From Bacteroidaceae bacterium (GTDB taxonomy: Bacteria > Bacteroidota > Bacteroidia > Bacteroidales > Bacteroidaceae), in contig JAGAQY010000006.1 of the NCBI GenBank assembly GCA_017622495.1, positions 424-64,423 of the forward strand: a stretch of 64,000 nucleotides of DNA, in the 5' to 3' direction. Under the pieces are notes generated by a model that saw only the letters and a list, made by a program, of their open reading frames with translations, was not told where the DNA came from and ran no database searches. Positions 47,628-56,811 of this stretch are shown in pieces. Each line of letters opens with the position of its first letter. Position 1 is the first letter of the stretch. Position numbers and translations under genes: made by a program.

Positions 47628-48637
47628 AACTTCATTTTTGTTTTGTGTATATAGTAGGGCAGCACCTTGAATGCCAATCGTGGGTATTGGCGGACGAATG
47701 TATGCAGCAGGCGCAGCTTAAGGTCGGCATGGTAGTAAGCGTTTGCCTTGTAGTAAGGCACGTAGCTGAGCAGATGATTGTATATCTTGCATAGTGTGAG
47801 CTGCTGCGGTTGCTGCTCATTATAGATATAGGTGAGTATTCCCAGCAGATAGCCTTTCTTTAGGTATATATAGTCCAGTTCTGCTTGGTTGGCCTCGTAT
47901 AATCCATTTTCGCGGGCAAACTGCATGAGTAGGTCGAATGACTTGATTTTGTCTCGATAGCGGCTGGGATTGCGTGTTTCAGAGAGTGATTCCTCATGCA
48001 TGAGATAGTGGTACAGAGGCTTGTCGACACAAGCTATTTGGCGTGCTGCCAAGAGTGTGCAGGTGAGGAAATAGCTGTCTTCGGCACTGCGTGTGGCAGG
48101 GAAGGAGATGGCATATTCGTTAAGCAACGAGCGGCGATAGAGGAAGGAGACGAAGAGCGTGGTGTAATGGGTGAGGAAGAAGCAACGTTTCTCTCCACTA
48201 AATGCGCCACTTTCAATCACGGGATTATTCATCGGTTGAGTCTCAGCTCCCTTTACCAACTGTGCTTGGCAATAGGCAAGGTCGGCATCATACTGCCTGG
48301 CGGCAGTGTAGAGCTGCTCGCAGAAGTCGCGCTCTACCACGTCGTCACTATCAATAAATGCGATGTATTCTCCTTGGGCAGCTTCGATGCCTATATTGCG
48401 TGCTGGGCCAGGACCCATATTGTGCGGTGTGGCAAGGAAGCGGAATGTCTTATTGCCCGGGTGAGTGTCGACAAACCTCTGGGCACGCTCCATACTATCA
48501 TCGCGCCCATGATCATCGACAAGCAACACTTCAATATTGTCCAAGGTCTGCGCTACAATCGATGCCAGGCAGGCCTCGATATAGGGACCTGCATTGTAGA
48601 TGGGGATAATGATAGATATCTTGGGCATAGTCAGCAT
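47624..48637 (-). CDS. GT2-family glycosyltransferase
   Basis: ISIIIPIYNAGPYIEACL..., LLVDDHGRDDS, and a DSDD DxD motif. The start may instead be 48628. Confidence 0.85.
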   Translation of the reverse strand: MLTMPKISIIIPIYNAGPYIEACLASIVAQTLDNIEVLLVDDHGRDDSMERAQRFVDTHPGNKTFRFLATPHNMGPGPARNIGIEAAQGEYIAFIDSDDVVERDFCEQLYTAARQYDADLAYCQAQLVKGAETQPMNNPVIESGAFSGEKRCFFLTHYTTLFVSFLYRRSLLNEYAISFPATRSAEDSYFLTCTLLAARQIACVDKPLYHYLMHEESLSETRNPSRYRDKIKSFDLLMQFARENGLYEANQAELDYIYLKKGYLLGILTYIYNEQQPQQLTLCKIYNHLLSYVPYYKANAYYHADLKLRLLHTFVRQYPRLAFKVLPYYIHKTKMKL

Positions 48638-49590
48638 ACCATTCTATATATTTTGAGGCCGAGTGTCAGATTTGTATACATCAGCAATCCGCCTATCTGT
48701 AATTTTATGTTCTTTGCACTGCACATGCACTTGAGTAGGTGCCGGTTGTCGCGTATCATCTGTGTCAGTGTGGCAGCTTCCTCTTCGTTCACCGACTCGA
48801 TTGTGCGGAGTACGGTTCTCATGGCAAAACCTATCTGTGCATAGAAGCTGCGGCGGTATACCCCCGTCACATGGTGTTCATCCACAAAGGCATACAGCTT
48901 GTTCATTACGGTAAAGAGGTCAACTCCGTTCTTCAGCTTCAGTACGGCAGTGATGCTGCCGGAGTTTCCTTTGAAATAGTTGTAAGCCACCTTGTCGTAT
49001 GATGCACAATCCTTAGAGAGGTATAATACCTTCGGCTTGAACTCACTGTCTTCGTGGTATATTCCGGGGTGAAAAAACAGATGACGTTGCAGTAGTAAGG
49101 TGCGACGATATATCATGAAAGGTACGGCAGCGTGGTATTTGTTTCGTACGAACAACTCTCTGCAGGGCATGATACCATTGATGATGGCAAAGTGCTCGTC
49201 GCTTGGTGTACCGTCGGCATACACGTTTCTGTATTGCAATTGCAGTATATCTACATTGGTCTGTGCCAGACGCTCCAGAATCTCACTTATGCAGCCCTCC
49301 TCTATCCAGTCATCAGAGTCAACAAACCACACATACTCTCCCTTTGCCGCTTTCAGCCCGGCATTGCGTGCCATGCTCAAGCCCTGATTATCCTGATTGA
49401 TGACAGTGATATTTGTACATCCTTGTGTCATCTCCTCTACCACTTGCATGCTGTTGTCCTTGGTGCCGTCATTGACGATCACCAACTCATAGTCATCTGC
49501 TGTGACATTGGCTTGGGATAAGCAGCTCTGCAGGCAACGACCGATGTATTGCTCTACATTGTATACGGGGATGATGATGGAGAGTTTCAT
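48631..49590 (-). CDS. GT2-family glycosyltransferase
   Basis: MKLSIIIPVYNVEQYIGRCL, VIVNDGTKDNS and VDSDD. ATG 49590 forms an ATGA overlap with the LicD stop. The track ORF extends to 49608. Confidence 0.85.
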   Translation of the reverse strand: MKLSIIIPVYNVEQYIGRCLQSCLSQANVTADDYELVIVNDGTKDNSMQVVEEMTQGCTNITVINQDNQGLSMARNAGLKAAKGEYVWFVDSDDWIEEGCISEILERLAQTNVDILQLQYRNVYADGTPSDEHFAIINGIMPCRELFVRNKYHAAVPFMIYRRTLLLQRHLFFHPGIYHEDSEFKPKVLYLSKDCASYDKVAYNYFKGNSGSITAVLKLKNGVDLFTVMNKLYAFVDEHHVTGVYRRSFYAQIGFAMRTVLRTIESVNEEEAATLTQMIRDNRHLLKCMCSAKNIKLQIGGLLMYTNLTLGLKIYRMVC

Positions 49591-50378
49591 AGCGGTGTGT
49601 CGATCCATTTAATATTACCATGCACGGCTATCTCCTTGGGTAGTTGCATGTAGTCTCCAAACATCCTTGATAGATAGCTATGTGCACTCTTGGGAGCATA
49701 GAAGATGCTATCCTCGAAGGGTATCTCCACCAAGGGGAATATATCAGCTACACACCTCTCGGCCTTGTATATCATCCCGAAGGTATGATGATAGTTGCTT
49801 CCCTTATGGAATAGGGAAACATATCCTCTGAAAAGGGGGAATACGACACGCGTAAGGACTGCGTAGTTGAAGTTGTATAGCCAACGATGCTTGTACACCT
49901 TGTGGTGGCACAGGTTGACGTATAGTCTGTTGGCAATGCGATATAGCGCATACGGCGAGCGCTCCAGAGGGAATATGTCGATGAAGCATCCTTTGTGCTT
50001 CATCTCAAACGCAAAGCTCTCTTCGATGCATGAGTGCTTGTCGCGCACCTTGGCGTAGAGATGGGGATAGTCCTTATCGGTGCTTCTGTCTTGAAGCATG
50101 TACTGTTCGGGGAGTTCCTCGCGCAGTAGGGGCAACAGACGTAGATAGTCATCGCGCAGCATTTCGATGTCAAGGTCATCGTCCCAAGGAATGAATCCCC
50201 CATGGCGTACGGCCCCCAGCAGTGTGCCCGAGCTGAGCCAGTAGGGTATGTCGTGGGCACGGCAGATCTTATCCACCGCTTTCAGTATGTCGAGCATCCG
50301 TAGCTGCCCTCTACGCAGTAGCGAGCCGTCGGGACTGTATTTCTCGCGCAGTTCTTGCTGCACTTTTCGGTCTATCAT
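49587..50378 (-). CDS. licD: LicD-family phospho-substituent (phosphocholine-type) transferase
   Basis: LicD motif IPYWLSSGTLLGAVRHGGFIPWDDDLDIEM. ATG 50378 forms an ATGA overlap with the upstream stop. The track ORF extends to 50408. Confidence 0.8.
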   Translation of the reverse strand: MIDRKVQQELREKYSPDGSLLRRGQLRMLDILKAVDKICRAHDIPYWLSSGTLLGAVRHGGFIPWDDDLDIEMLRDDYLRLLPLLREELPEQYMLQDRSTDKDYPHLYAKVRDKHSCIEESFAFEMKHKGCFIDIFPLERSPYALYRIANRLYVNLCHHKVYKHRWLYNFNYAVLTRVVFPLFRGYVSLFHKGSNYHHTFGMIYKAERCVADIFPLVEIPFEDSIFYAPKSAHSYLSRMFGDYMQLPKEIAVHGNIKWIDTPL

Positions 50379-51340
50379 ATCCACCTCCTTTTCATCCTCT
50401 TCAGCCATTGCGTCATGGCTCTAATTCCTAAATATAGTCTGCTGAACATGGGATTGGCAAACCGCAGTGCAAAGCATTCCCACCATTGCCCCTTGTAGCC
50501 GTAATTGCGGATGTCCTCTATCACCTGCAGGTGTAGCTGAGTCTTTTCTCTGGTCTTGTGGTAATAATAGTGCCCTACAATCACGTGGTTCATCATCAGT
50601 ACATTGGCAATGCAGTAGGGCATGCACCTCTCGCGATAAGGCTCGGGAATCACACTTTTCTTGAAGTGATACGACCTGCCGAGATAGTCGAGCGTATAGT
50701 TGAACGTGTTCATGATACCCTCAGTGTTGTCGTTGTAGTGATATACCATTGTATGTGCTATGCGTATCTTCCTATCGCATGCAAAGGCCAGTCGGAGGTT
50801 CATGATGAAGTCCTCGCCCATTACAAAGTCGCGTGGGAGGTCGAATGTCTCTTCGTCGAACAACTCTCTTCTGAACAATTTGGCATAGGGCGATGAGGCT
50901 ATGCTATAGGCATATATCCGCTTGACGAGTTCCAACTTGTCCATCTCGCCATCGGCGTATTGCTTGGGATTACGGTCATAGTTCCCGATGATGATGTCAT
51001 ATTCCTCACCGGCCAAGGCATACAGGTCGTGTAGCGCTGTGGACGGCAGCGAGTCATCAGAGTCTACGAAGGTGATATATTCGCTTCCTGCCGATTCGCT
51101 TACGCCTAATGCTCGCGCCTTGTTGGCTCCGCCATTGGGGATATGGAATACACGCACGCGATGGTCATTTTCGGCGTATTCATCGCATATTTTCCCCGAA
51201 CTGTCGGGACTGCCATCATCGATGAGCAGCAGTTCGAAATCCTCGAATGTCTGTGCCAGAATACTGTCTACACAGCCATGCAAGAATCTCTCCGCCTTGT
51301 ATACGGGAACCACTACGGATATTTTCGGCGACTGCTTCAT
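50375..51340 (-). CDS. GT2-family glycosyltransferase
   Basis: ISVVVPVYKAERFLHGCV, LLIDDGSPDSS and VDSDD. Confidence 0.85.
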   Translation of the reverse strand: MKQSPKISVVVPVYKAERFLHGCVDSILAQTFEDFELLLIDDGSPDSSGKICDEYAENDHRVRVFHIPNGGANKARALGVSESAGSEYITFVDSDDSLPSTALHDLYALAGEEYDIIIGNYDRNPKQYADGEMDKLELVKRIYAYSIASSPYAKLFRRELFDEETFDLPRDFVMGEDFIMNLRLAFACDRKIRIAHTMVYHYNDNTEGIMNTFNYTLDYLGRSYHFKKSVIPEPYRERCMPYCIANVLMMNHVIVGHYYYHKTREKTQLHLQVIEDIRNYGYKGQWWECFALRFANPMFSRLYLGIRAMTQWLKRMKRRWI

Positions 51341-51463
51341 ACCTCTGTCTTCTATCTGTTGCCATGACTGTTCGTCTTGCGAAGATACAATATCCCCTCC
51401 AAGACTGCAAATTTTTCTTCGGAAAGTTTATACACGCTCTATGATTGCCATCAGTACCTGAGG

Positions 51464-51502
51464 ATCTCTATGGCGAAAGTTCATAAATCGGTTGGCAATG
51501 GC
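51464..51502. repeat. left arm of a roughly 40-bp imperfect inverted repeat
   Basis: ATCTCTATGGCGAAAGTTCATAAATCGGTTGGCAATGGC is the reverse complement of 51884-51924. There are 2 mismatches and 2 single-nt indels, and the 18-bp core is perfect. Confidence 0.85.
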
Positions 51503-51679
51503 TTGCTTTATATTGGCACAGCACAGCGAGGCAATGATAAGCTTCATGGACTGACCAAGTGCCTGGGCAGGTCTTAACCATCACCGAGCGAGAAGTCATC
51601 TTAAAGTGTTTTTTTATTGGAGGGAGCACAGATTCTTTTAACCCTCTGATTGTCTATACGGGACAAAGGGAAAAACTAC

Positions 51680-51761
51680 CGCCACCGCGGTGGCGTGATA
51701 GCGTCACCGCGGTGACAGAAAAGTGCCACCGCGGTGAAAACAAAACGCCACCGCGGTGGCG
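51680..51761. promoter_or_regulatory. array of four CACCGCGGTG palindromes phased at exactly 22 bp (candidate protein-binding array)
   Basis: CGCCACCGCGGTGGCG (51680-51695), GTCACCGCGGTGAC (51703-51716), CACCGCGGTG (51727-51736) and CGCCACCGCGGTGGCG (51746-51761). Dyad centres fall at 51687.5, 51709.5, 51731.5 and 51753.5. Confidence 0.6.
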
Positions 51762-51883
51762 GTGCAGTGAATGGCGGTTCGTCAGCAAACAGCGATGTGG
51801 AGAAACGAGCATAGAGGTGTATCTGTGGATAAAAAGGCGGCAAGAGTGAGGTTCCCGATACCTCGCTTATTTATGATGGCCTT

Positions 51884-51924
51884 GCCAATGCCAACCTATT
51901 TATGAACTTTCGCCAATAGGAGAT
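51884..51924. repeat. right arm of the inverted repeat
   Basis: GCCAATGCCAACCTATTTATGAACTTTCGCCAATAGGAGAT. A degenerate tandem half-copy (TATTTATGATGGCCTTGCCAAT) lies just inside it. Confidence 0.85.
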
Positions 51925-51966
51925 GCATTATGGATGCTGCGGCTCGGTGAGAACGGATAGATAGTA

Positions 51967-53100
51967 TTAATGCAGTGACTCCTGTAGGAATCGGAGGGCA
52001 TCTGTACGCCTTTCTTCAAGGATGCGGTATACCGGCTCGTAATCTATCGGGCAGAGTAGGGCCTTTTTATTTTGTTTGTAGTCTTCGTACGAGGTGACCA
52101 GCCGTCCCTCCAAGCCGAATACCTGCAACAGAGATTCAAAACGTGTCATTCCACGGCTTTTGTTGCCAATGACTACGAATGGTTTTCTATACAATATAGA
52201 GAATATACAAGCATGATAACTATCGGTAACCACGAACTCTGCATCACGGAATCCTTTCAACCATTGTTCAACAGGTGGCTGTATGCGCTCTTCCAATGTT
52301 GCTTTATGATCCTCGGTGCGCGAGTTCGTATGAAAAGGTTGTAATCCTTTCTCGCAGGCAATGTCATTGACCAATGCATCTTTTTCTTCACTCCTGTCGA
52401 GTACATAGCACATCATATTGCCTGGACTCGGCGGAGTATCTTCCCCAATCAGTCGAGTATAATCCTCTGCATTCAAGAGCAATGTAGGATCTATCATGCA
52501 CATGGCCTCTACGCCTAAGTACTTTTGACAAAGCCCGACACCAGACACCTCACGTACACTTATGGCATCGAACATACGAGCCATAGCAGCGACATTTGCC
52601 GTCTCTGCTTTATTGTATTCCCATTCGTCAGTGCCGAATGATGCCGCATATGCAAGGCGCTTGACATTCCAGCCTTCTGTAAATTTCAAGAAGGAGTTTT
52701 CGACCCCAGGAAATGGTCTGGCATAACGTGCACGCCATATCTGATCGCTTCCGACAACGAATGCGTCAAAATCCTGTACGCCAATCTCTGTCATGTTGCG
52801 TACCATCTTCCTGCTGATGTGCCGGCTGACGAACCTATTGGTGTGCATCGTACGTGCAGCCCATAGCTTCCTATAATAGGTGGGCGAATAGATGATGGCG
52901 TTCTTCCCCATCAAGCATCTTTTTATGGTACCTTTGACAAACATCTCTATCCGCCGCTTCAGCGAATATTCAAATTGCTTGTCCTCATCGATGACATATA
53001 CCTCATGCCCCATATCGTGCAATGTGTGCAGCAAGGCATACGACTGCAATATGCCACCATAGTTGGTTCCTAACGGAAGCGATAAGATGCCTATTCTCAT
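51967..53100 (-). CDS. polysaccharide pyruvyl transferase family protein
   Basis: The start MRIGILSLPLGTNYGGILQSYAL is typical of the family. VVTDSYHACIF motif present. Confidence 0.8.
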   Translation of the reverse strand: MRIGILSLPLGTNYGGILQSYALLHTLHDMGHEVYVIDEDKQFEYSLKRRIEMFVKGTIKRCLMGKNAIIYSPTYYRKLWAARTMHTNRFVSRHISRKMVRNMTEIGVQDFDAFVVGSDQIWRARYARPFPGVENSFLKFTEGWNVKRLAYAASFGTDEWEYNKAETANVAAMARMFDAISVREVSGVGLCQKYLGVEAMCMIDPTLLLNAEDYTRLIGEDTPPSPGNMMCYVLDRSEEKDALVNDIACEKGLQPFHTNSRTEDHKATLEERIQPPVEQWLKGFRDAEFVVTDSYHACIFSILYRKPFVVIGNKSRGMTRFESLLQVFGLEGRLVTSYEDYKQNKKALLCPIDYEPVYRILEERRTDALRFLQESLH

Positions 53101-53104
53101 ACCC

Positions 53105-54253
53105 TTACTTTCTTTTAAAAATGTCCAACAATGCCCATTTAACCTTCAGGTAAAGTATCAATAGCCTCGGCGGCCCAGCCTTCCGGCATATGGGCTCTAT
53201 GCATGCAATGCCTTTCAGGGGAAACTGTTGCCAAAACAGCTGCGAATATTCGCTTTCAGGAGGGTCCTGTACTATGCTCGGATTCTCGCATAGCGCATTT
53301 TCGAGTTTAGCCTCGGTATGCTCCTTTTCTATGGAATCGTACAAGGCCTGCCCTTTGTCACTATGGATGAGGACAAGACTTGTGCCCTTGTCGTCATCAA
53401 TCTGAGGATAATGTTTCTGTATACCCCAAAAGTCGCCTAATGTGATATCGCTACAACTCTTTCCTGAACGGGCAGGGCAAGCATGACATGAGGGACGCAA
53501 ATAAAGATCCTTAAGGAAGCCTTTCATGAAGACGTTGCCTGACGAAGGAGTATCGGTAGAGCCGGCATAGCGAATATGGAATCTATACTTCTTCCATCCG
53601 TATGTCTTGTCGCGAAACGAGATCCCAGCTATAGGGGATGTCTGCTTACGGCATATCTCAGAGAGATAGGTGTCCCACACCAGAGGACTGGAAACGCCAT
53701 GGCACACAATATCAACGGTCAACAAGTTGGCATACTCCTTGCGCAGATAACGCTTTAGCCCCGCGATTTGGCAGGGTGTACCAACAAAGAGCACCTTCTT
53801 CTCTTGGAGCAATAACTCTTTCGCCTCCTTGTACGTATCGCCTATTATGCTCTGAACATATTTTGACCCACGTAACATCGATAGTTCCTCCATGTTATTG
53901 ACGTGGGCATGCACTACATGCCAATGCTTGTCAAACCGTGCCCCAAATACGACACCGCCATCCTTTATCACAGCTTCAGCCAGGTGGGTAAATATCCCGC
54001 CCGACGAGCTCTGCATACGCACCTCTTCGTTTTTGCTCTTAGCAGCATATACACTCTGAGGTTGGCGACGGGCACCCTGATGTATTACTGGGCATACTCT
54101 CTCGCATAGTCCGCACTGCGTACAGGCTTCCTTATCTACAATCGGGTATAGAAATCCCTGCTCATCGGCCTTCATCGTGATGCAATGAACCGGGCATGCC
54201 GTAGCACACGCATGGCATCCACAACAATGCTTTTTGTCAATAATCTCAATCAT
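53105..54253 (-). CDS. coenzyme F420 hydrogenase/dehydrogenase beta-subunit-like Fe-S protein
   Basis: Two 4Fe-4S motifs (CCGCHACATACP, CTQCGLCERVCP). It is typically paired with a pyruvyl transferase in glycan loci. Confidence 0.8.
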   Translation of the reverse strand: MIEIIDKKHCCGCHACATACPVHCITMKADEQGFLYPIVDKEACTQCGLCERVCPVIHQGARRQPQSVYAAKSKNEEVRMQSSSGGIFTHLAEAVIKDGGVVFGARFDKHWHVVHAHVNNMEELSMLRGSKYVQSIIGDTYKEAKELLLQEKKVLFVGTPCQIAGLKRYLRKEYANLLTVDIVCHGVSSPLVWDTYLSEICRKQTSPIAGISFRDKTYGWKKYRFHIRYAGSTDTPSSGNVFMKGFLKDLYLRPSCHACPARSGKSCSDITLGDFWGIQKHYPQIDDDKGTSLVLIHSDKGQALYDSIEKEHTEAKLENALCENPSIVQDPPESEYSQLFWQQFPLKGIACIEPICRKAGPPRLLILYLKVKWALLDIFKRK

Positions 54254-55782
54254 CGCTTGCGGAGTTTTGAGATTACATTCACTATAGTGTTGCGCACCAA
54301 GGTGCGCTCTTCACACGTGCAGCCTACAAAATAGATTGCCGCAATGGAGGCACACACCGAAAGTGTACCCAGAATAATGACACGCAGGTATCCAGGGGGC
54401 ATCATGACATAGCAGATGGCAGGTACAATCAGTGACAGTATGGTGACTCCGATGACATTAAAGTATACTCTGATAATGAATTGTCTCACTGGGAAGTCAA
54501 TCATCTTTCTAAGAAACCATAGACGCGCAGCAAGGCACAACTGCGAAACGACAATGGCAACAACGACCGTCACTTCGGGGAATACTCCCCAGCGGAGCAA
54601 AAGATAGGAGATGGGAAGGTTTAGTAGAAGGATGCCACCTACTACTATTTGGTAGTCTCTAATCTTGCCAGTAGCATTTTGAGCCGTAATCAATGTATAT
54701 GAAACAATCTCGGCAAGGCTGAGCACCAATACTAAGCGCGTAAATAGCACTGAGTGTTCAGGAACCTCGCCTAACCACAAGGTAAGAAAGGCCTTCACCT
54801 CAAAGATGAGAGGTATGGAGAGTACCATGAATATGTAGTACGAGAGTTTAGTTCCTTGGAACATCAGTTTGTGCATGCGTTGTAGCTGCCCCGCAGCGTA
54901 ATCCTTGATGATTTGGGGGTTGAGTGCCATCGTGAAATTGCTGATAAACTGCATCACCATGCCGTTGACTTGCATGGCAATACCACGTGCTGCGTTGATG
55001 GCTGTATTGGTGAAAATATTGATGACCACATTTACCCCCTCGTTCTTCATCAGACCAGCGGTGTTGCCTATAAAGCTCCAGCCAGCAAAGCTGAAAATCT
55101 CCTTGAAGAGTTTCGTGTCGGTCACCCACTCATACGAGCATTCCTTGAAGTTGCGCTTACAGTAGCGCCAATAAATTATTTGTGATATGATCGCCGGCGT
55201 GATATTAAGAACCGATAACAATATCAACTTATCTCCACCATAGAAATAGACAGCACAGACAATAAGCAGTTTGGCCGTAGCATCAAATATCGTGAGGTAG
55301 GCAAAGGCCGACATACGCTCATGTGCGATTATCGCGGCCCTATATGGTACAGAGAGCAGATTGATAGCGAACGTCACGGTCGAGCACTGTAATACCCAAT
55401 TGGCAGCTACAAGGCGGTCGGCATCTATGTTCATCCTATTGTTGAGAAACCATACCCCTATTACTTCGATAGCCAATACTACAACTATAGCCAGCAAAAT
55501 ATGTATATTGATAGAGGTAGAGAAAATTACCCGTAGTCGCTTCATGTCCCCCTTACCCAGACCGAAAGTGAAGAAACGGCTTACGGCACCCGACAAGGAT
55601 GCCGACAACATGGAGAACATGGATACCAACCCTCCCACCACATTGTTGATGCCATAGTTGTTTACCCCTAATGCTTTCAGCATTACACGAGCTGTGATGA
55701 AGCCTATTGCCATCATCACCAGCATTCTCATGTAGAGGAAACCAGTATTCTTTACTATACGTTTGGTGTCAGAGTCGGGCAT
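54250..55782 (-). CDS. wzx: Wzx-type oligosaccharide flippase (MOP superfamily)
   Basis: 510 aa with 12 or more hydrophobic spans. The start (KNTGFLYMRMLVMMAIGFITARV) is typical of polysaccharide biosynthesis proteins. Confidence 0.85.
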   Translation of the reverse strand: MPDSDTKRIVKNTGFLYMRMLVMMAIGFITARVMLKALGVNNYGINNVVGGLVSMFSMLSASLSGAVSRFFTFGLGKGDMKRLRVIFSTSINIHILLAIVVVLAIEVIGVWFLNNRMNIDADRLVAANWVLQCSTVTFAINLLSVPYRAAIIAHERMSAFAYLTIFDATAKLLIVCAVYFYGGDKLILLSVLNITPAIISQIIYWRYCKRNFKECSYEWVTDTKLFKEIFSFAGWSFIGNTAGLMKNEGVNVVINIFTNTAINAARGIAMQVNGMVMQFISNFTMALNPQIIKDYAAGQLQRMHKLMFQGTKLSYYIFMVLSIPLIFEVKAFLTLWLGEVPEHSVLFTRLVLVLSLAEIVSYTLITAQNATGKIRDYQIVVGGILLLNLPISYLLLRWGVFPEVTVVVAIVVSQLCLAARLWFLRKMIDFPVRQFIIRVYFNVIGVTILSLIVPAICYVMMPPGYLRVIILGTLSVCASIAAIYFVGCTCEERTLVRNTIVNVISKLRKR

Positions 55783-55794
55783 ATGATATTGAGG

Positions 55795-56811
55795 TTATCT
55801 GTATGTTGTAATATTTACACCCCAATCGTACACCATATCTATCATAGGAATTGCCACTCCTTGTCGGTGAGCCTCCTGATAGATGTAGCGCAAGCCATAC
55901 ATGAAGTCTTCTTGAAAATAACGGCTATCAAGGTCAGGCTGCCATCCTTTGTCAGAGTGTATCATGGGGGTGGCTATTCCCTTAAAGCTATTGATAGAGC
56001 GTATCTTATGGGTCAGACTTACCGCATCTATACTTTCATAATAAGGCAATATGGGTGTCAGGAAGTCAGGAGCTACAGGTAACTTACCTAAGAGTGAAAA
56101 TAGTTCTCCATCCAGCGCAATCAATAATTTAGAAGCTTCATCAGTCCAATCTTCATAGAACAGGAATTGATGGTCATAATAAACTTCTTTATTCCAGTCC
56201 TTGAATAGAGTATACAGTCTCGATGGATGCAGTATAGGATTGCTATTGGTGAAACTCGCCTCGTAATAATTATTCAATAGACGTACGGGAGCATCAAAGA
56301 GTTCCTCTATAATGGTCCGAAAACCTTCCTTGTCTTCGCAACGCTCTATTGCTATGTTGTGACTATTCTTGTAACCCAGCAAATGGGCACTCTCTCCATA
56401 TACATTGGTGCGAGCAATAAAAGGCACCCGTTGGAACCCCCATAAGGGGACATCCCCTTCGAACAACTCCATAGCCTCAAAAAAGAAACCCGTAGAAGAG
56501 AATACCGAGCCTACGAAGGTGTGGCTATTCACGTAAGGCTTTATCTTGATGAGTTCGTTTTTGATGGCATAACCCGGCAGGCAAAGCAGTACAATATCAG
56601 TTCCACGCAAAGCCTCTTCGGGATTATTACTGATAATATGCAATTTCCCGTGTAGAGTGTCATCTTCCGGGGTGGATATATGAAGTTTTTGCTTCCACAG
56701 CTGCGGACGTTGGGTAAGGATGTTTACTTCAACCTCCTTCTTTGCACTCAGATAGCCAGCAATCACATGCCCCAGTGAGCCTCCTCCACAGATGCAGATT
56801 CTCTTCATCAC
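55795..56811 (-). CDS. NAD(P)-dependent opine (octopine/nopaline) dehydrogenase-like / glycerol-3-phosphate-dehydrogenase-like oxidoreductase
   Basis: N-terminal Rossmann motif ICICGGGSLGHVIAG. Overall length and C-terminal helical domain fit the family. Substrate is unknown. Confidence 0.6.
   Translation of the reverse strand: MMKRICICGGGSLGHVIAGYLSAKKEVEVNILTQRPQLWKQKLHISTPEDDTLHGKLHIISNNPEEALRGTDIVLLCLPGYAIKNELIKIKPYVNSHTFVGSVFSSTGFFFEAMELFEGDVPLWGFQRVPFIARTNVYGESAHLLGYKNSHNIAIERCEDKEGFRTIIEELFDAPVRLLNNYYEASFTNSNPILHPSRLYTLFKDWNKEVYYDHQFLFYEDWTDEASKLLIALDGELFSLLGKLPVAPDFLTPILPYYESIDAVSLTHKIRSINSFKGIATPMIHSDKGWQPDLDSRYFQEDFMYGLRYIYQEAHRQGVAIPMIDMVYDWGVNITTYR

Noticed and set aside
51441-51560. 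39-aa minus-strand ORF (MKLIIASLCCANIKQAIANRFMNFRHRDPQVLMAIIERV) running through the left repeat arm.
   Set aside because: It is short and has no recognisable family. The matching frames in the other two repeat copies are interrupted (FMNFCQ-stop at window positions 2-22), so the repeat is probably not coding. It could be a gene remnant, but that cannot be supported.
51559-51849. 96-aa ORF containing PPPRWR...PPRWR repeats.
   Set aside because: The peptide repeats are simply the translation of the CACCGCGGTG palindrome array. There is no start context and no promoter, and the ORF lies inside the IR-flanked non-coding segment.
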